A stretch of DNA of 64,000 nucleotides from Zygnema circumcarinatum SAG 698-1b (Eukaryota; Plantae; Zygnematophyceae). Every line of letters starts with the position of its first letter. The stretch's first letter is position 1. Both the position numbers and the translations under genes were made by a program. The DNA lies in assembly GCA_037447605.1 (NCBI GenBank), contig CM074808.1:3472001-3536000 (forward strand), in the 5' to 3' direction. Under the pieces are notes generated by a model that was not told the DNA's origin, did no database searches, and saw only the letters and a program-made list of their open reading frames with translations. Positions 11,003-24,473 of the stretch are shown in pieces.

Positions 11003-12752
11003 GGAGAATGATATTCCACCCCCTGTTTTTGATATCCCCCCCCCCTATTAAAAAAATGTGCCATCAAATTTTTGCTATCTCGTCCCCTTGTTTTGGATAT
11101 TTCACCCCCCTATTTTGGATATCCCACCCCCTTGTTTTTTGATTTTCACTACCAACTTCCAACGTTGTGCAACTAAAGAAAAGGGAGAACTATATACCCC
11201 CCCCCCCCTTTTGGCTATCCCGCCACTGTTTTTTTTAAATCCGACCCTCCCATTTCGGCTATTCTGCCCCCTGTTTTGAAATATCCCGCCCCCCCCCATT
11301 TNNNNNNNNNNTTCCCCCCCCCCCCCCCGTTTTCTCCTTCTCACACATCAGCGCAACGTTCGAGAGAGAGAGTGAGGAGATGAGTGAGAGCAAAGGAGAG
11401 AGAGATTAGAGTAGAGAGCACAGGAGAGAGCAAAGGAGAGAGAGTAGAGGAGAGAAAGACTAGAGGAGAGAGAGTAGAGGAGAGAGAGAGAGATCGAGAA
11501 CGAGAGAGAGAGAGAGAAAGAGAGAGAGAGCAGAGTGAGAGCAGAGGGTAGAGACTACAGGAGAGAGCAAAGGAGAGAGAAGAGAGAGAGAGAGCAAAGG
11601 AGCGAGAGCCGGGGAGAGAGATTATAGAGGAGAGAGAAAGAGGAGAGGAGTGAGAGTAGAGGAGAGAGAGAATGAGCAGAGGAGAGAGCAAAGGAGAGAG
11701 AGACTAGAGGAGAGAGCACAGGAGAGAGCAAAGGAGAGAGAGAGAATGAGCAGAGGAGAAAGAGTAGAGGAAAGAAAGACTAGAGGAGAGAGAGCAGAGG
11801 AGAGATATTCCTCTTCTTACTACTCTCTTCTAGACCTCTGTCCTCGTAGGTCCCCCTGCAGGTAGAGTCAGCGGCTATCGCTATGCTTGCCGATCTTGAT
11901 GTGAAATAGTGCTTATAGTGCTTCTTATAGTGCTTGGTCAAGACTTGTACAAGCTCATCGCGAGTCTTATACTGAGTCATTTGTGTGGAGATTGCAAACC
12001 GAGAGGAAGGAGGGGAGGGGAGGGGAGGGGAGGGGAGGGGAGGGGAGAGGACGGGAGGGGCGGGAAAGAAATATTCAAAACAGGGGGGCGATCTCCTCCC
12101 GAAATATCCAAAATGGGGGAGGGGGGCAGAATAGCCGAAATGGGAGGGTCGGATTTAAAAAAACAGTGGCGGGATAACCAAAAAAGGGGGCGGTATATAG
12201 TTCTCCAAAGAAAAGGGGATTTGCATTGATCTCACGATGGTAAGGCCATCAAATGGACATGGACGAAGTCAATATGGGGAACCACGAGAAACTGGTCACA
12301 AAGGACCTAAGCACAAAATAAAAAAAACTAGGAGCAGAAAACTAAAAATAAAATTAAACTAACTAGGCCTAAGCGCAAAAACGCAGAAGCATTGGAGGTG
12401 GAGTCGGCGGCTGTCGCTATGCACGCCGATTTTGATGTGAAATCCTTCGTGCTTGTAGTGCTCGGTGATGACTTGTACGAGCTCATCGCGGGTCTCATAC
12501 TCAGTTGGTAGCATTTCTGTGGACGTTGGAAACTGAGAAGAGGAGAGAAGTGGAGGGCAGGGGAGGGCTGAGGACATCTCCTCCCGAAATATCTAAAACA
12601 GGGGGGTAGGATATCCAAAACAGGGGGGAGGGGGTAGGGGGTGAAATATCCAAAACAGGGGAGGGGGGGGGGGTAACCAAAATGGGAGGGCAAATGTTTC
12701 AAAAAGAGGGGGGTTGGATATTCAAAATGGGGAGGGTGCAGTATCGTTCTCC
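11003..12752. mobile_element. Degenerate Mutator-like element with tandem-array TIRs and a duplicated right end
   Basis: Left end GGAGAATGATATTCCACCCC is the reverse complement of right end GGGTGCAGTATCGTTCTCC. Subterminal arrays of CCCCTGTTTTGGATAT units occur in inverted orientation at the two ends. Flanks TTTGTTTA / TTTTTTTA are a possible 8-bp TSD. An internal inverted copy lies at about 12115-12205 versus 11185-11285. Confidence 0.75.
12386..12525 (-). pseudogene. Fragment resembling the N-terminal FAR1/AFT-type DNA-binding domain of a MULE transposase
   Basis: Reads MLPTEYETRDELVQVITEHYKHEGFHIKIGVHSDSRRLHLQC, matching the pattern F.sreeL....h...eGf.i.i..Sd.rrl.L.C. A more degenerate second copy lies at about 11860-11980. 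Both sit just inside TIR-like sequence. Confidence 0.55.
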
Positions 12753-12777
12753 TTTTTTTATGGGCATTGTCTATTTA

Positions 12778-12835
12778 CGCACCTTTTTGTCTAGATGCAC
12801 ACCTTTTTTCACTGGTCAAATTTTATTTTAGGGTT
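12778..12835 (+). mobile_element. Solo fragment of the TIR family of the 4494-5196 element
   Basis: CACCTTTTTGTCTAGATGCACACCTTTTTTCACTGGTCAAATTTTATTTTA aligns by eye at about 70% with 4600-4652. Confidence 0.45.
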
Positions 12836-13578
12836 TTGGAGGTTTTTTTTTAAGGTGTATGAAGGGAAAGTAAATAGTAATTTCCTTTGTTTATGGCCCA
12901 TCCTTAAAGAAATCTCCTTAGAAAACAAAAAAAAATGAATTTTAAGTCATACATGCTTGGTTGCAAAATGCGGCTAAACTTAGGTGCTGTTAGAAAATGG
13001 TCAAAATGAACCCTGAAATGAGGTCGAGTGTTATCTCAAGTACCATATTTGGTCTCGAACCCTCAATTATAATTGGTAAAGTTTGTTAAACCTTGCTTTT
13101 GGCCCCTTGCCTGGAATTAAAGTCGTTACAATACATAATACTTACAGGAAATCATTTTTAATCTTTTTTCATTTTGAAGGCCACATAAGCAGAAAAATTG
13201 ATATTTTTTATCTGAATTGACATATACTTTATCAAATTCGGTGGAACTTTGTAACATTTTAAGGAACATTTGCGTGGCAAACATTCGAAGGGGATGCTTT
13301 TTCATATTCATAATTTCATAGTACATAAGGCCTCCCTTTTATAAAGCCTCCACTGCTCCTCCCTCAAGACCACAAACCTACTTCCATTGAAACCTGCTCG
13401 CCTCACCGAGCCCAGCTCCTACCACTTCCCTTCTCTTCTCTCTCTACGAGAAAGCCGCTAGCCCTAAACCCTATTTCTATCCGCATCCTCAGTACCGTGT
13501 TTCGCCATAGCTGCCTGTGCAAAACTGTTGTGGCTTTCTGCCACCACCTACCTCTCGCCCTCTCTCCTACACTTCAAA

Positions 13579-16500
13579 TCAGTAAGTACGTTTCCGTTGC
13601 GATATTCTCTGAGTTTCCTTTTTGCCCTTCACGTTGTGTGCGGCCGGCAGCCACCCCCCTCCCGCTGCAGCAGGGGGAGCACTACCACTTGCATTGGCGG
13701 CCCCCATCGCCCACTGGTACGCATCCCTGAGCCTGCATCGCCCCATCATCCCTTTCCGCGTCAACGCTAGGACTTACATTCCTAAACATACCAGTAATAT
13801 CCTCCATAGATCTACTCCTACAGAACCCAAACCCAAACGATTGGATAAAATAGAATGACATTTGGCTACTTCTAAGGACAGCCCAACAGGGAGCATGGAG
13901 CCTGCCTGGCTCCTTTCTACCAGTTTCTCCCTGTTCCACCTAATCACTCAAGAAATCAGGACATAGGAGGGACCGCTTCTTTCAGCGCAGTCGCTGATTA
14001 TGAATATGTGGAAAAGTCAGAGGACTAAAAAGACATAGACGATTGGCGAGGTTGGGAATAAAGCACCTTGACAAAGATGCAAACAGCGCGATCACCAAAA
14101 TGCTAAGGACCAGCGGCAACACCGCCGCAGATGTCAAGTCCTACAATCCAAACATCTCCATAACAAGCACATCGATCATCTGATTATCAACTAGTGCTTT
14201 CTTGTCCGCTTGTTATCTGCTCCGCTCTGTGTGTATGAACTATCTTTTTCAAGTCTTTGCAGACCATTATTGTAAAATTCAATGTTTGCTTCTCCCTACT
14301 TTTTATTCACCTTATCACCTGTTCGCTCTCCCTCTATCACTTTGCCGCCAGCGCTTAGCATTATATCTAGAAACAGTGGTAATGTGAAGTGAATAAATTT
14401 AGTTTTCCATATCGGAGCACTTCCGGCTTGTCAGCCACCTATAGGAGTTACGCCGCTAAGGTGTTCAGGTCTCACCTGTTCAGGTTGACGCTCTGCGGCA
14501 AGGAACCGTAAAGTCCCCACATTTACGATGGCTTCCTTTGTATTGCCTCTCAAATCAATAGTGACGGGTTCTGATTCAAAGACGTGACTTTGACTCGGCA
14601 GTGCAAATTTGAGTCGAACTGTGTAGTCTTCCCAGTCCAATCCCTGCACCTCGAAAAATCCTGATAGAGGAACGGGCACCTCCTTTTTCACTTGAGTTGG
14701 GTCTGAGTTCAGAGCAACCTCAACACTGAGGTGGAGTTGCCACTTGTCAAAATCTGTGCCCTCTACAGAACCCTGAAGGTCGAACCCTTTGCTCTGGCGA
14801 AACACGAGGAAGTTGACATCCTCTGTGTCCTTTTCTTGCACCTGGAAGATAACCAGTACGGCATAGTCAACGGCAAAGCTCTTAGCAAGGGAGGAAAGTT
14901 TTTTCCAGATTTTCAATTTTCTTGTCAACATATGCCTTTTGCCAGACTAAACCACCTCTCACCCGCTCACTTTCTCAAGGAGAGGCGAGAGAGGAAGAGC
15001 AGAGGTCTCGACTCTAACCTGAATATCAACAGATTTCGGTGTAGCCCTCTCAATTCTCGACGACCCTGCGGAGCCATTTCTTAGGGCCACTGCAACAGTG
15101 TATTTACTTCCCGGAATCAGCCCTCGTAGTCGGAATTTCCCATTGCTGTCAGTGTCTGTCGTCTCATACCGACCCCCTTCTTCAGATCGAGCCTCCACCG
15201 GCACACCCTCTTCCGGTTGCCCTCCCAAAGATGTAACTGTGCCGAAGACACTGAAACATCAAAGATTGAATACAATAATACACTGTGTGAGGGACTATTG
15301 CGAGTTGTTGGGACACTACGATCCATAGAAAACAAGATGATAAGTTCTCATACCTGTAAGCAACTCGCTTTGCCGAGAATGTGACATCTTTTGTCTCACT
15401 GCCTCCAAGTTCTATGCTGAGAGCAGGAGGCTTAAAGCTGTATTCCTTCAGCACAGGCCGTAGGAAGTAGCTTCCAGGAAAGAGGCTGTCAAAGACAAAA
15501 CCTTCTCCTGAAGGTGTAGCTGCATTCTTTCGATAACTTCCGTCTCCACTTAGAGATAGGAGGACAGGTGGAAGTGTCTCATTTGCTGCAGAGTCGCTTC
15601 GAAGACTAACCACAATTCGTCCAAGCTTTTGGCCTTCAAAAGAATACTTATCGATTGCTCGGAAGTCGTAGTCAGGCTGCAGCCACAGGGCTCAGTGAAT
15701 CAAACTTAGACAACTTAGACTTAGATTCGATTTGAATAAATGCAAACACTTCTATTCATTCTCCGGGTCTTGGAGTTCTTTGGGTCTTTGGGCCTTGGAA
15801 TTGAGGATTTGGGTTTGAATGAGCATACCATGGATGCCTTCACTGAATATGTCGCATCATCGTAAAGGGGTCCAGCAACATAGAGCCCCTCCTCTTGAGT
15901 CAATGTCCATAGAACCTCCTCTCCTGCTTGCCAACCAGCGGTTGCACTAGGAGTTTCGGCAACCACTGTGATGTTAACTTTCGCTAAGGGAGGAACAACT
16001 TTACCCTCCAAATACACTCCAATTCGGGCCTCCAAATCTGGTAGTTGGGGTTGGCATTCATCCTTCTCAATGTTGAACTGCGCCAAGGAAAAAGACATGG
16101 AGCTAAGAGTGTGAAATGGAAAAGCATTCCTACAGATGGAGAGCGGCACCCCTTCCCTATCATTAATTTCATGAAAAGTCCACTCGTAGCTTAGAACTTA
16201 CAAATATCTGACGAGGGTAAAAAAGGAGTCGTTTACGAGGGGGCCATGTCTCCTCGGGTTCGAAAGGGGGCCGGGCAGCATAGGGGAGACCCAAATATGG
16301 ATCTGCAGGTTCTGTATCCTCCTCCTGGGCTACATCACCTTCTGCTACCTCTGTTGTTTCTTCACTTGAGTCAGAGACATCCGCTGTCTCAGTTTGACTG
16401 CAATCCACACAAAAAAACCGCATACAAATCTGAGCTCTCCTTAATCATCTTCCACATTTACCCCGAGCTTCTTGCCATATTTTCGCTAAACAAGAAAGCT

Positions 16501-19500
16501 TCCAAAGGTTCATGTCTTTATGGAAAATGGGAGGTGGCGTTGAGTACCGAGAAGGCATTAAGTTGACCGCAAAAGGGCGTACCTTCCCGCTGCTTCATCT
16601 TCAAGGTTATCCTCCTTTACAACTTCGTCCTTGCTCGGGACCACGGGAGACGAGTACTTTTCCAGAAGCTCCTCATATTCATCCGTATCCATTCCGGTTA
16701 CAGCCGGATTGTGTATGGTCGTCAGTTCCAAGGTCTCCCTTATAGTTTTCGCTCGGGCTGCTTTCTCTTCAAACTCCTGAACCTTATCAATATCCGCTCC
16801 TGGAAATGATTCAGCTGCACCGACTGGTGCAGCTGTAGCTTCTCCATTATCTTCCGAACTGCGGTAGCCATGATTGAGGAGGAGAGAGAAGAGAGGGGGG
16901 GGGAAAAGAGGCGGGTAGAGAGAGAGAGAGAGGGGGAGAGAATAAAAGAGCAACAAAATACAATAAGTTTTGACCAAAGAAAATGCTCATTTTCCTCATA
17001 ATCGTTATGTGCACTTATTACTTATTTACTTTGTCTCGGGCATAAGCTCAAAGGTACGTAATTCCACATTCTGCACCTCTACCTGCTAAGCTCATTTTTA
17101 CAAGCACGAAGGAGGGATGGAACATATATTCCAAGAAACTTACGATTCAGCACGAGTAGATGAGTCATACACTTCATCTTGAACCAATCCGTTGTGTCGA
17201 GGCATTGCCTTGAGTTTCTCTCCAAGATTTCCCCAATACACGTACTCATACACTGCATATGGATTGCTCTCATTTGCAGCACTTTTAAGGGTGGCAAAAT
17301 TGCTTTGGTCGACCGGCACCCCGTCCGCTGTGAAAATCCTCGGAAAAATGTAATCACTGAAGTTTGATGCATCCTTCACAATTCGCGAATCGATCTTGAT
17401 CATCCCTTGAACAAGGTAATGTTTTGCAACTAGATTGATTGGCTGGAGAAAACGAAAAGGGAAAAAAAGGGTATTGTTACCGACAATCTTATATACACCC
17501 AAAAAGTGTGACCTCAACATCCTAACTCCCCAAGAGAAACTCAGAAAATCTAGAAGGTACTAAATACAGTACAGTAATACAGTAGTGGACTAGGAAGGGA
17601 AAAGGAAATTACCACTTGATTATCAGTATGATGGGTAATCATGAAGGCTCCAAAGTATACACACTGGTACATGAATAGCATCGTTAGCTCGCCTGAAGCT
17701 GGAACGCATATATCATTCATACCCCTCTGCAAATAAAATCCGAGAATCGGTTAGGATATTTCCTTCAGGAGGATACTTTTTTCCTGATTCCCTATCTCAC
17801 GAGAGTAATTCGGACATAGAACTGGTCAACTCGCCAAATACATATTTCAGCAACTGTAATAACTTCATAAGAAATTAGTTCTTTACCTTAAGATTGATTT
17901 CAAAGGGATCGATAACATCATGCAACGCTGATGCGTTGACCTCATTGGTCGAATTTATTCGCATGATCCAGCCAGCCTGCCTGAAGCTGACACCTGTCAC
18001 AGCCTTACTGGCGACATCCACATTGACTACCTTCTCTTCCCAACACCACCAGTCGCCATACTTCGCTCCTTCCCCTTCGGCTTCATTCTCAATCTGAAAA
18101 TAAAATAACACAGTACTGAACGAATATAAGAATCGATCCATGCTCCTTTTGCTAAATGTGTAGACGATTTTCAGTTAAATTTCAAAAACTAATGATATAT
18201 AATTGGTTTCAGGTGTTTGATTAGCCCACCTGTATGGAGTAACTTCCCGGAATGACTTGGTCAAACGTGAAACTCTCCTGATCTTCTTTCATGTACAAAC
18301 TCCGCGACTTAGCAGTAGTGCTATCGTTAGCGGTGATGAGAGTCAACTTCACAGTTTTTGGGCAAAAATCAATGCACTTCACGCGCCCTGAAATGCTTAA
18401 ATAGCCCTAGAGATCACAGGAAATACCACACATTGAAATCAGCAGCTATTCCACCCGTCTCGGAAATCATCCAGCGATTCTCCGAAGGAATATTTTACGG
18501 AGTTTAAAAATCAAGAGAACTTGGAGCGTGAATTGTACAGAAAAGCAAACGCAATGCTGATAAGATTTCCATCCCTCACCTGCTTGAAAATCACTGAGTG
18601 GACAGGCCCTGATGTGACAGTGACATCAAGGTACGAAGGGGAAAATAAAAGCCCCGCTGCACCCTCAGCTGCAGTTATCACCGGAGACAGGCGGTAATCT
18701 CCAGGAGGAACCTGAGGAGGGAGGGAGGGACGGAGGGGCGAGGGAGAGGGGGACAGAGAGAGAGAGAGCAGATGCTCAGAATGCTTTCAGATTGTCGTTA
18801 TGGGTTAACTTGGTGGGACACTACCAATGATTCAGGGGCACAGCATTATGAAAGTTGAAGTTACAATTTCCTGAATGCCTATGGTCATCAAACTGATTCT
18901 GAACGAGTTAGAAATTTTCAACGAGTTTGGTTGAGCCACTTGGCTTATTTAGAGCATTTGTGAGAGGTTAGCCCAACCTACTGTACATACTCGGTTCACA
19001 TCTTTACATCGAAATTGCTTGCCTCTGTATTCTCTTTTTTTTTTAAGATCCTATGGCTACAAATCAACATAATTCTAAGACTAAAAAGTTTGCAGGGTTC
19101 GTAGATTTTCAAGTAAAATTAAGAAAATATGTATCCCACAATGATTGCTCCAGCTCGAACTCACTCAATCACGTATTCAAATTTGAACTGTATGTTAAAT
19201 AGTTAGAAAGCTAAGGCCGGCCTTGTTACAGTACAATGCATTGACATTTTGATGGAGCAATGCACCTACCGAGAAGCAGAAATCTCCGCTTGCATCAGTA
19301 CTCTTGGCCTGCGGCTTAACTCCCACAGGGCCGTGCGTGAGAGCAACTGATCGCTTTCCGTTGAACTGATCTCCATCTAACTGAACCGAACCGCATAGGT
19401 CGTACTCGATAGCACGAATATCCGGCAGTGCAGCAAGGTTGGGAAGGACAGAAAAGCTTTCCAGACTCGCAAACTTGTAGTGGTTTTTGGTTGCGGAAAT

Positions 19501-22500
19501 GGTATACTGAGCTGACGTTACTTGGTCGATCTTATACATTCCCTGAGAGAAAAAAGTTTGTTCCGAAAATTTTCAGATAGGATTGCGCTTCAGTTGAATG
19601 AATACTGTCCTTACAGAAGTTGTGTGCGAAGGATTCTATGCGCATATTAGTTCATGTCTAGAGAGGATGTGTAAATGCATGGGGCATGGAAACTGGAGAG
19701 GGAGGAGCGGGGGAGGGGACGGGAGAGAGCGAGAGAAGGAGAAACAGGAAATGGGAAAGAAGGGGAGCTAGAGAGGTCTCAACCGGCATACCTTTACGTC
19801 AGTCACTGCTTTTTCTGTACCATCAATGAAAATTTTGACACCTCCAACGGCCTCGCCCTGTGAGTTCATTACTCGGCCTCCCACAGAAAATCCTGTCACC
19901 TGTAGCAAGTCGGACAAAAAAAAACGTCGGAGTGGGGATAGATAAGACACAGTGAAGATAGTAGAACAGCCATACGCGGTAGGCCTCTAGGGCTGTTAGG
20001 GATTAAGCGTTCCACGGAGGAAAGGCAAGAGAAAGCCAAGAAAGGAGGGCCAGAGATCCTCTGACTCACCTCGAAAGGTTTTCGAATTGAAACGCTTCCA
20101 TGACCAACTTCGACTTTCATATGTGACGGTGAAACATCAAACACAGTAGCCTCTCCTTTGTAATATGGAACGAGCATGTAGTCTCCACAAGGGAGAGCAG
20201 TGAACAGAAATTTTCCATCTGGCCCTGTGACTGCATGGCAGAGTGGGACCTGCCCGTCCTTGAGAAAATCTCCGGAGCCTGCCGGGCAGGTCACTGCTTT
20301 GACACTGTCAGAGAATAAGAACACCTGAACTCCGAGAACTGGGTTTCCCTGCAGCAGTAAAATTGAAACTTCAATAAATGAGCCGAATGTCTTATATGTC
20401 TTATATGTGTCCCACTTGTGAAAACAAATTTCTGATGAGTGCGTACCTAAACGTGCTGCTTCCTATCCATCCTCCCTCCACTATCCAGATTGATGAATAG
20501 GCCTGCATAAATGAATTAATAATCAAACTGACTAGCCATATGTTGGACAACTTCATTACCTGTGCCAACACGGAACCCTGCAAATCGTATCCTGCAACTT
20601 GAAATGTGTCTGGAACTTCACCCTTTCTCCAGCCAAGTTCAACCTGCACTCGAGTTGAAATCAAAAACAGTACGAGGACGCATGTCAGAGCAAGAGAAGA
20701 AACAGGGGGGTGAGCAAGGAGTGAGGAAGGAAATAGGCGGAAGGGAGAGAGAGAATGCATGCGATTCTTCTAAGTTCCACATGCAGTTTAATGGTTAGAG
20801 TATTCAGAACGAAATTCAGTGAGGGAATCAGTTTCCTTGCCTCGGTGGGCCCGAGAGTAGATATTTGCCATGTAGGATGTGATGCAGCTATACGATATTT
20901 ACCTGCAATAAACAGAATATTGTGAACAGGGTGAACAGGGTGAACAGAGTGTTTTATGTTTTCTACAACCTTATGACAAAGAACAAGTTCCAACTTGAAC
21001 GAGGAATACTTTACTCCAACCCATATCCAACATAGCTTATGGAATTCTTTTCGTGTTACCTTAGGGGAGTGCACTCTCAGAAGTGCTATTGTTGTGCCAA
21101 CTATATCAAAACCGTGTTAGTGGTACATGTGCATAATTGTAGACAAAGGCTCCTCGAATATTACAGGCCGACCATTGCTGTGACTTGTGAGTTCGTTTCA
21201 ATAAACTGTCCTTATGTGGACTCTAATTAAGTCCAACTTAGCTTAAACTTGGCAGTAAACGGTTTATAGAGCAATAAGCCACTCATACCGCTAGGAAGGT
21301 TGGTGAACGAGAAAAGGCCTCCAGCCTCAGTAACGGCGGCAACTGCTTTTCCATCTGCAGTCTGTTCCGTTTCAGAACTAAGCGTCACAGTCACGCCCGC
21401 TGGACCATCTCCTGACTCTCCCCTACATGTTGCTCCTCCATATGCTCCCAGAACCTTTCCAGAAAGGGAAAATCTGCATCATGAATATGGACAAATCAAA
21501 TTCTGTTGAAAGGCCTCTTCGACGGTTTCAGGGGATTTTACGAATGTTTTCCAAGCAATTGGCAGACTTTCGCATCTCACATACTCTCTGTATCCAAGTA
21601 ACCGCATCAAGTTCCCTATCCTCTTTACTAAAGTGATTTGTAGAATTACGAACCCAGTATATTGAAAATTGATGTCTCTGTTGCCGTTGCATGATTCTTT
21701 GTCCACAATGACTTGCACCTGCCATGGCCACCAAATGGTCCTTTCCCCTTTACTTCCCTTCAGCTCAAAACAAAAGCCTCTCATCCACCATTCCCCTCCA
21801 CAAGTATGATATAAAGAATTGGCATCCCAGATCACCCTTGGACAACAATAGCACTAGGTTGAGTGTAATGAACCTCCTCTCCCATGTTCAGTGACAAATA
21901 AGGAATCCTACAAACCCATGTCGGAGACTTACATGTTTTGGTTCAAAATTCCATCCCTCCGGCCCCTTTATGCCAACCATAAAGCTTCCCTGCACACCAC
22001 AAGTTCGAGAGCATTAGTCACTTCTGTGAGACTAACTTATATGACCTTTCTTTCATTTGCACAAAAAGAATGGGACGTGGTCTTTTGTACCTTATCATAC
22101 ACAGGGAGAAAGTAGTATCCATTAGGAGCACACTGAGTTTGATCTTTTACGAGCCCGTCCTCATTGAGAAGCTCCACCTGTCATCCATTTTCAGAAGAAG
22201 GAAAAAGGCAAGAAATCATTTCCCAAATGTAAAGAATATAAATCCTCGAAACCCAAAAAAGTTCCCAACAAAGCTGAATAAGTGCTACCAGCTCATAATC
22301 AAGTTTGCCAGATGTCCATTGTCTTAATAGAACAAAGAAGACGAGTTTCTGATAATACCGTGATTCCCGAATAGTCAAGTTTGGAGTCAGTTTCTTTACG
22401 GAGTTTTGCAAGTGCAGGGGAGGCCTGAAAACATTGAAAATGGTAAACGAACAGAGAGCGTCAGACAGAGAGGCGAAGGAAGAGGCACAAAAGGGCTAGG

Positions 22501-23303
22501 GAGAGGGAGAGGCGAACTAAGAGGACGACAGGAACCGGGATAAAGATAAAAGCTGCTGCACCGGAGGCAAGAAAAGTTAAGCAAAGTAAAATGATTTGAA
22601 TTTCAAGAGGGAAATAAAAAGGCCCTGTCTCTTTTACAAGAAAAACAAAAAAGAACTAGTTAATTTGAAGTCGGGAATAAAAGGATAAAATCGATTTCAG
22701 CCGTAAAGCCAAGTGTAAACAAAACTCTAACGATAAAAAAAACTCTAACGACCTCTCGATTGGAGCCATAGCCTCAAGCATGCAACTCCGAATGCAGGCT
22801 TCTTGTTTTTATCACCTTATACTTGATAAGTAAGATTTTATAGATTTGAGTAGCTGTTGAAGCAACCGACCTCGTCAATGTGAGACATAACCCGAATGTA
22901 TCTTAGCTAAGACAGCTGTCAAAATTCCTCCTAGCGACTAGGAAGGTTCAATTTAAATGAACGGAAGTTCAGCATTGTCAAGGGGGGGCAAAAACAAGCC
23001 TCTTTCTTGCACATTTGGAATTTCATCCACTTACGATTCGACACCTCACCCAAAAAGGCCACACTTTCACTCCAAATCCTGAGCAGCCTCACTGATCCAA
23101 GCAACGAACCAGCTTTGACGCACCTGCCAACAATCATTCTAAGACCTAAGGCACTAAAACCCTGCAAACTCTAGTGACACGTGGCAGCACTGTACCTCGA
23201 CGAAGCCGGAACAGCCAATGACAGCATCCTCCGACGCCAAAGCGGCTGCTGAGAGCACGCTCAGAAGTATGACCACTAGGACAGGCCGCACCTGCACCTC
23301 CAT
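13579..23303 (-). CDS. NOMO1: Nodal modulator (NOMO) homolog, ER type-I membrane protein with repeated beta-sandwich domains; 24 exons
   Basis: Signal peptide MEVQVRPVLVVILLSVLSAAALA, then GCSGFVE, TQCAPNGYYFLPVYDK, HYKFASLESFSVLPNLAALPDI, AGPLYDD and LFPGSYFLRPVLKEYSFKP. TM segment VLPLVLSILVIALFASL; basic tail RKRTY. All exon phases are consistent, with one GC donor at 20839-20840. Confidence 0.95.
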
Positions 23304-23622
23304 CTCTCCCTCTCTCTCCCTCTCCCTCTCCCTCCTCCCTCTCCCTCCCTCTCTCCCTCTCTCTCCCTCGCTCTCCCTCTCTCCGCCTCCCGCTCTCAAA
23401 CCCTCCCTCTGCCAAGTGTCAGTGGAGCCCAAACCAACAAGTTGCAAACGTCTCCAAGCAATGCGTCCCAAGGCAATGGCCCGCTCGCTCTCAAATTTCG
23501 GCCAATGGGAGGACGTCAGCTCAGCACCTTCGCCTTTTCTGACCACTCAGAGGCTCCAATGAGACGTGGCTAATGGAACTTTCGTGTGGATCTGTCTAAT
23601 GGTAGACTCCGGTCAGTCACAG

Positions 23623-23641
23623 CCAATAGATAACCGCCACG
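23623..23641 (+). promoter_or_regulatory. Perfect ERSE-I (CCAAT-N9-CCACG) upstream of NOMO
   Basis: CCAAT AGATAACCG CCACG, 320 bp upstream of the NOMO ATG. Further CCAAT and ACGT motifs lie at about 23502-23570. Confidence 0.65.
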
Positions 23642-24473
23642 TTATCGGACTCAACAGGTTAGCCAGTCAGAGAAGGCGAAAACTTTAGATCAATAGGGTT
23701 TCGCCTGGACGAATGGAATCTCCGATCCACTGCGCCACGTCGGACGGAGCGCCCAAGTTCCGGCCCCGTTCATGTACCAGATCTCGCGGCGCCGGGAAGG
23801 CTCCAAATTGTCGGTTTGTTTTTTTGACCACCGACATGATCGTACGCCAACAAACTCCGCAGAATATTCCGGTTTTCAGATTTCACATTTCANNNNNNNN
23901 NNCCCGGGGGGGCGGAATCTCGGGATCCGAAATTCGAGTTTTGGAGCTCTTTGTACGTCAACGAAAAAGCGGCCAAACGGCGGCCGCAATTCTGGATCTG
24001 GAAGAATCTTGAGGAGATCTTAAGGGGGCGTTGGTCCGGGTTTCCACTTAGGGAGGGATTGAATGGATCCACTGTCGCAAGGCCGTGCGGATCACCGGCC
24101 GATCACCGGCGAGGACGCTGCTGGGCCGAGATCAACCTCACGGTCTCCTTCAACCTTTGTTGTGGAACTTGCGCACATTTCATGCGTCGCATGCCCTATT
24201 CGAACATTGGAGTGATTTTTTCGGCTGTAGAGACTCTAAGCACTTGCTCATGTTGATCACGCTTCAAGCACAACATGATTCAAATTAACAATGAATGCAA
24301 TGGAACAACGTCTTGTCAGGCGCTGTCGCCAATCAAACCAATCCCTTTTTTTTTTACAAAACAAATTGGCACCCACTTCTTTAAGAGATAAGCGTGGACT
24401 ACAAAAAACTACAAACTAGTTTCTGACCTAAATCCAATCCCATAAATCAGCAAAATTTTCAATGAACCCTCCG

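Noticed and set aside
13126-13326. 66-aa AT-rich ORF
   Set aside because: No recognisable motif, splice context or promoter.
13330-13620. Apparent plus-strand transcript with a telo-box and CAG|GTAAGT donor
   Set aside because: The donor is simply the reverse complement of NOMO's last codons (RTY*), and the region is NOMO's 3' UTR with no supporting ORF.
22290-22325. Intronic WTSGKLDY resembling a duplicated NOMO exon 2
   Set aside because: The true exon (ASPALAKLRKETDSKLDYSGIT) lies just upstream with proper splice sites. The similarity is short and has no compatible junctions.
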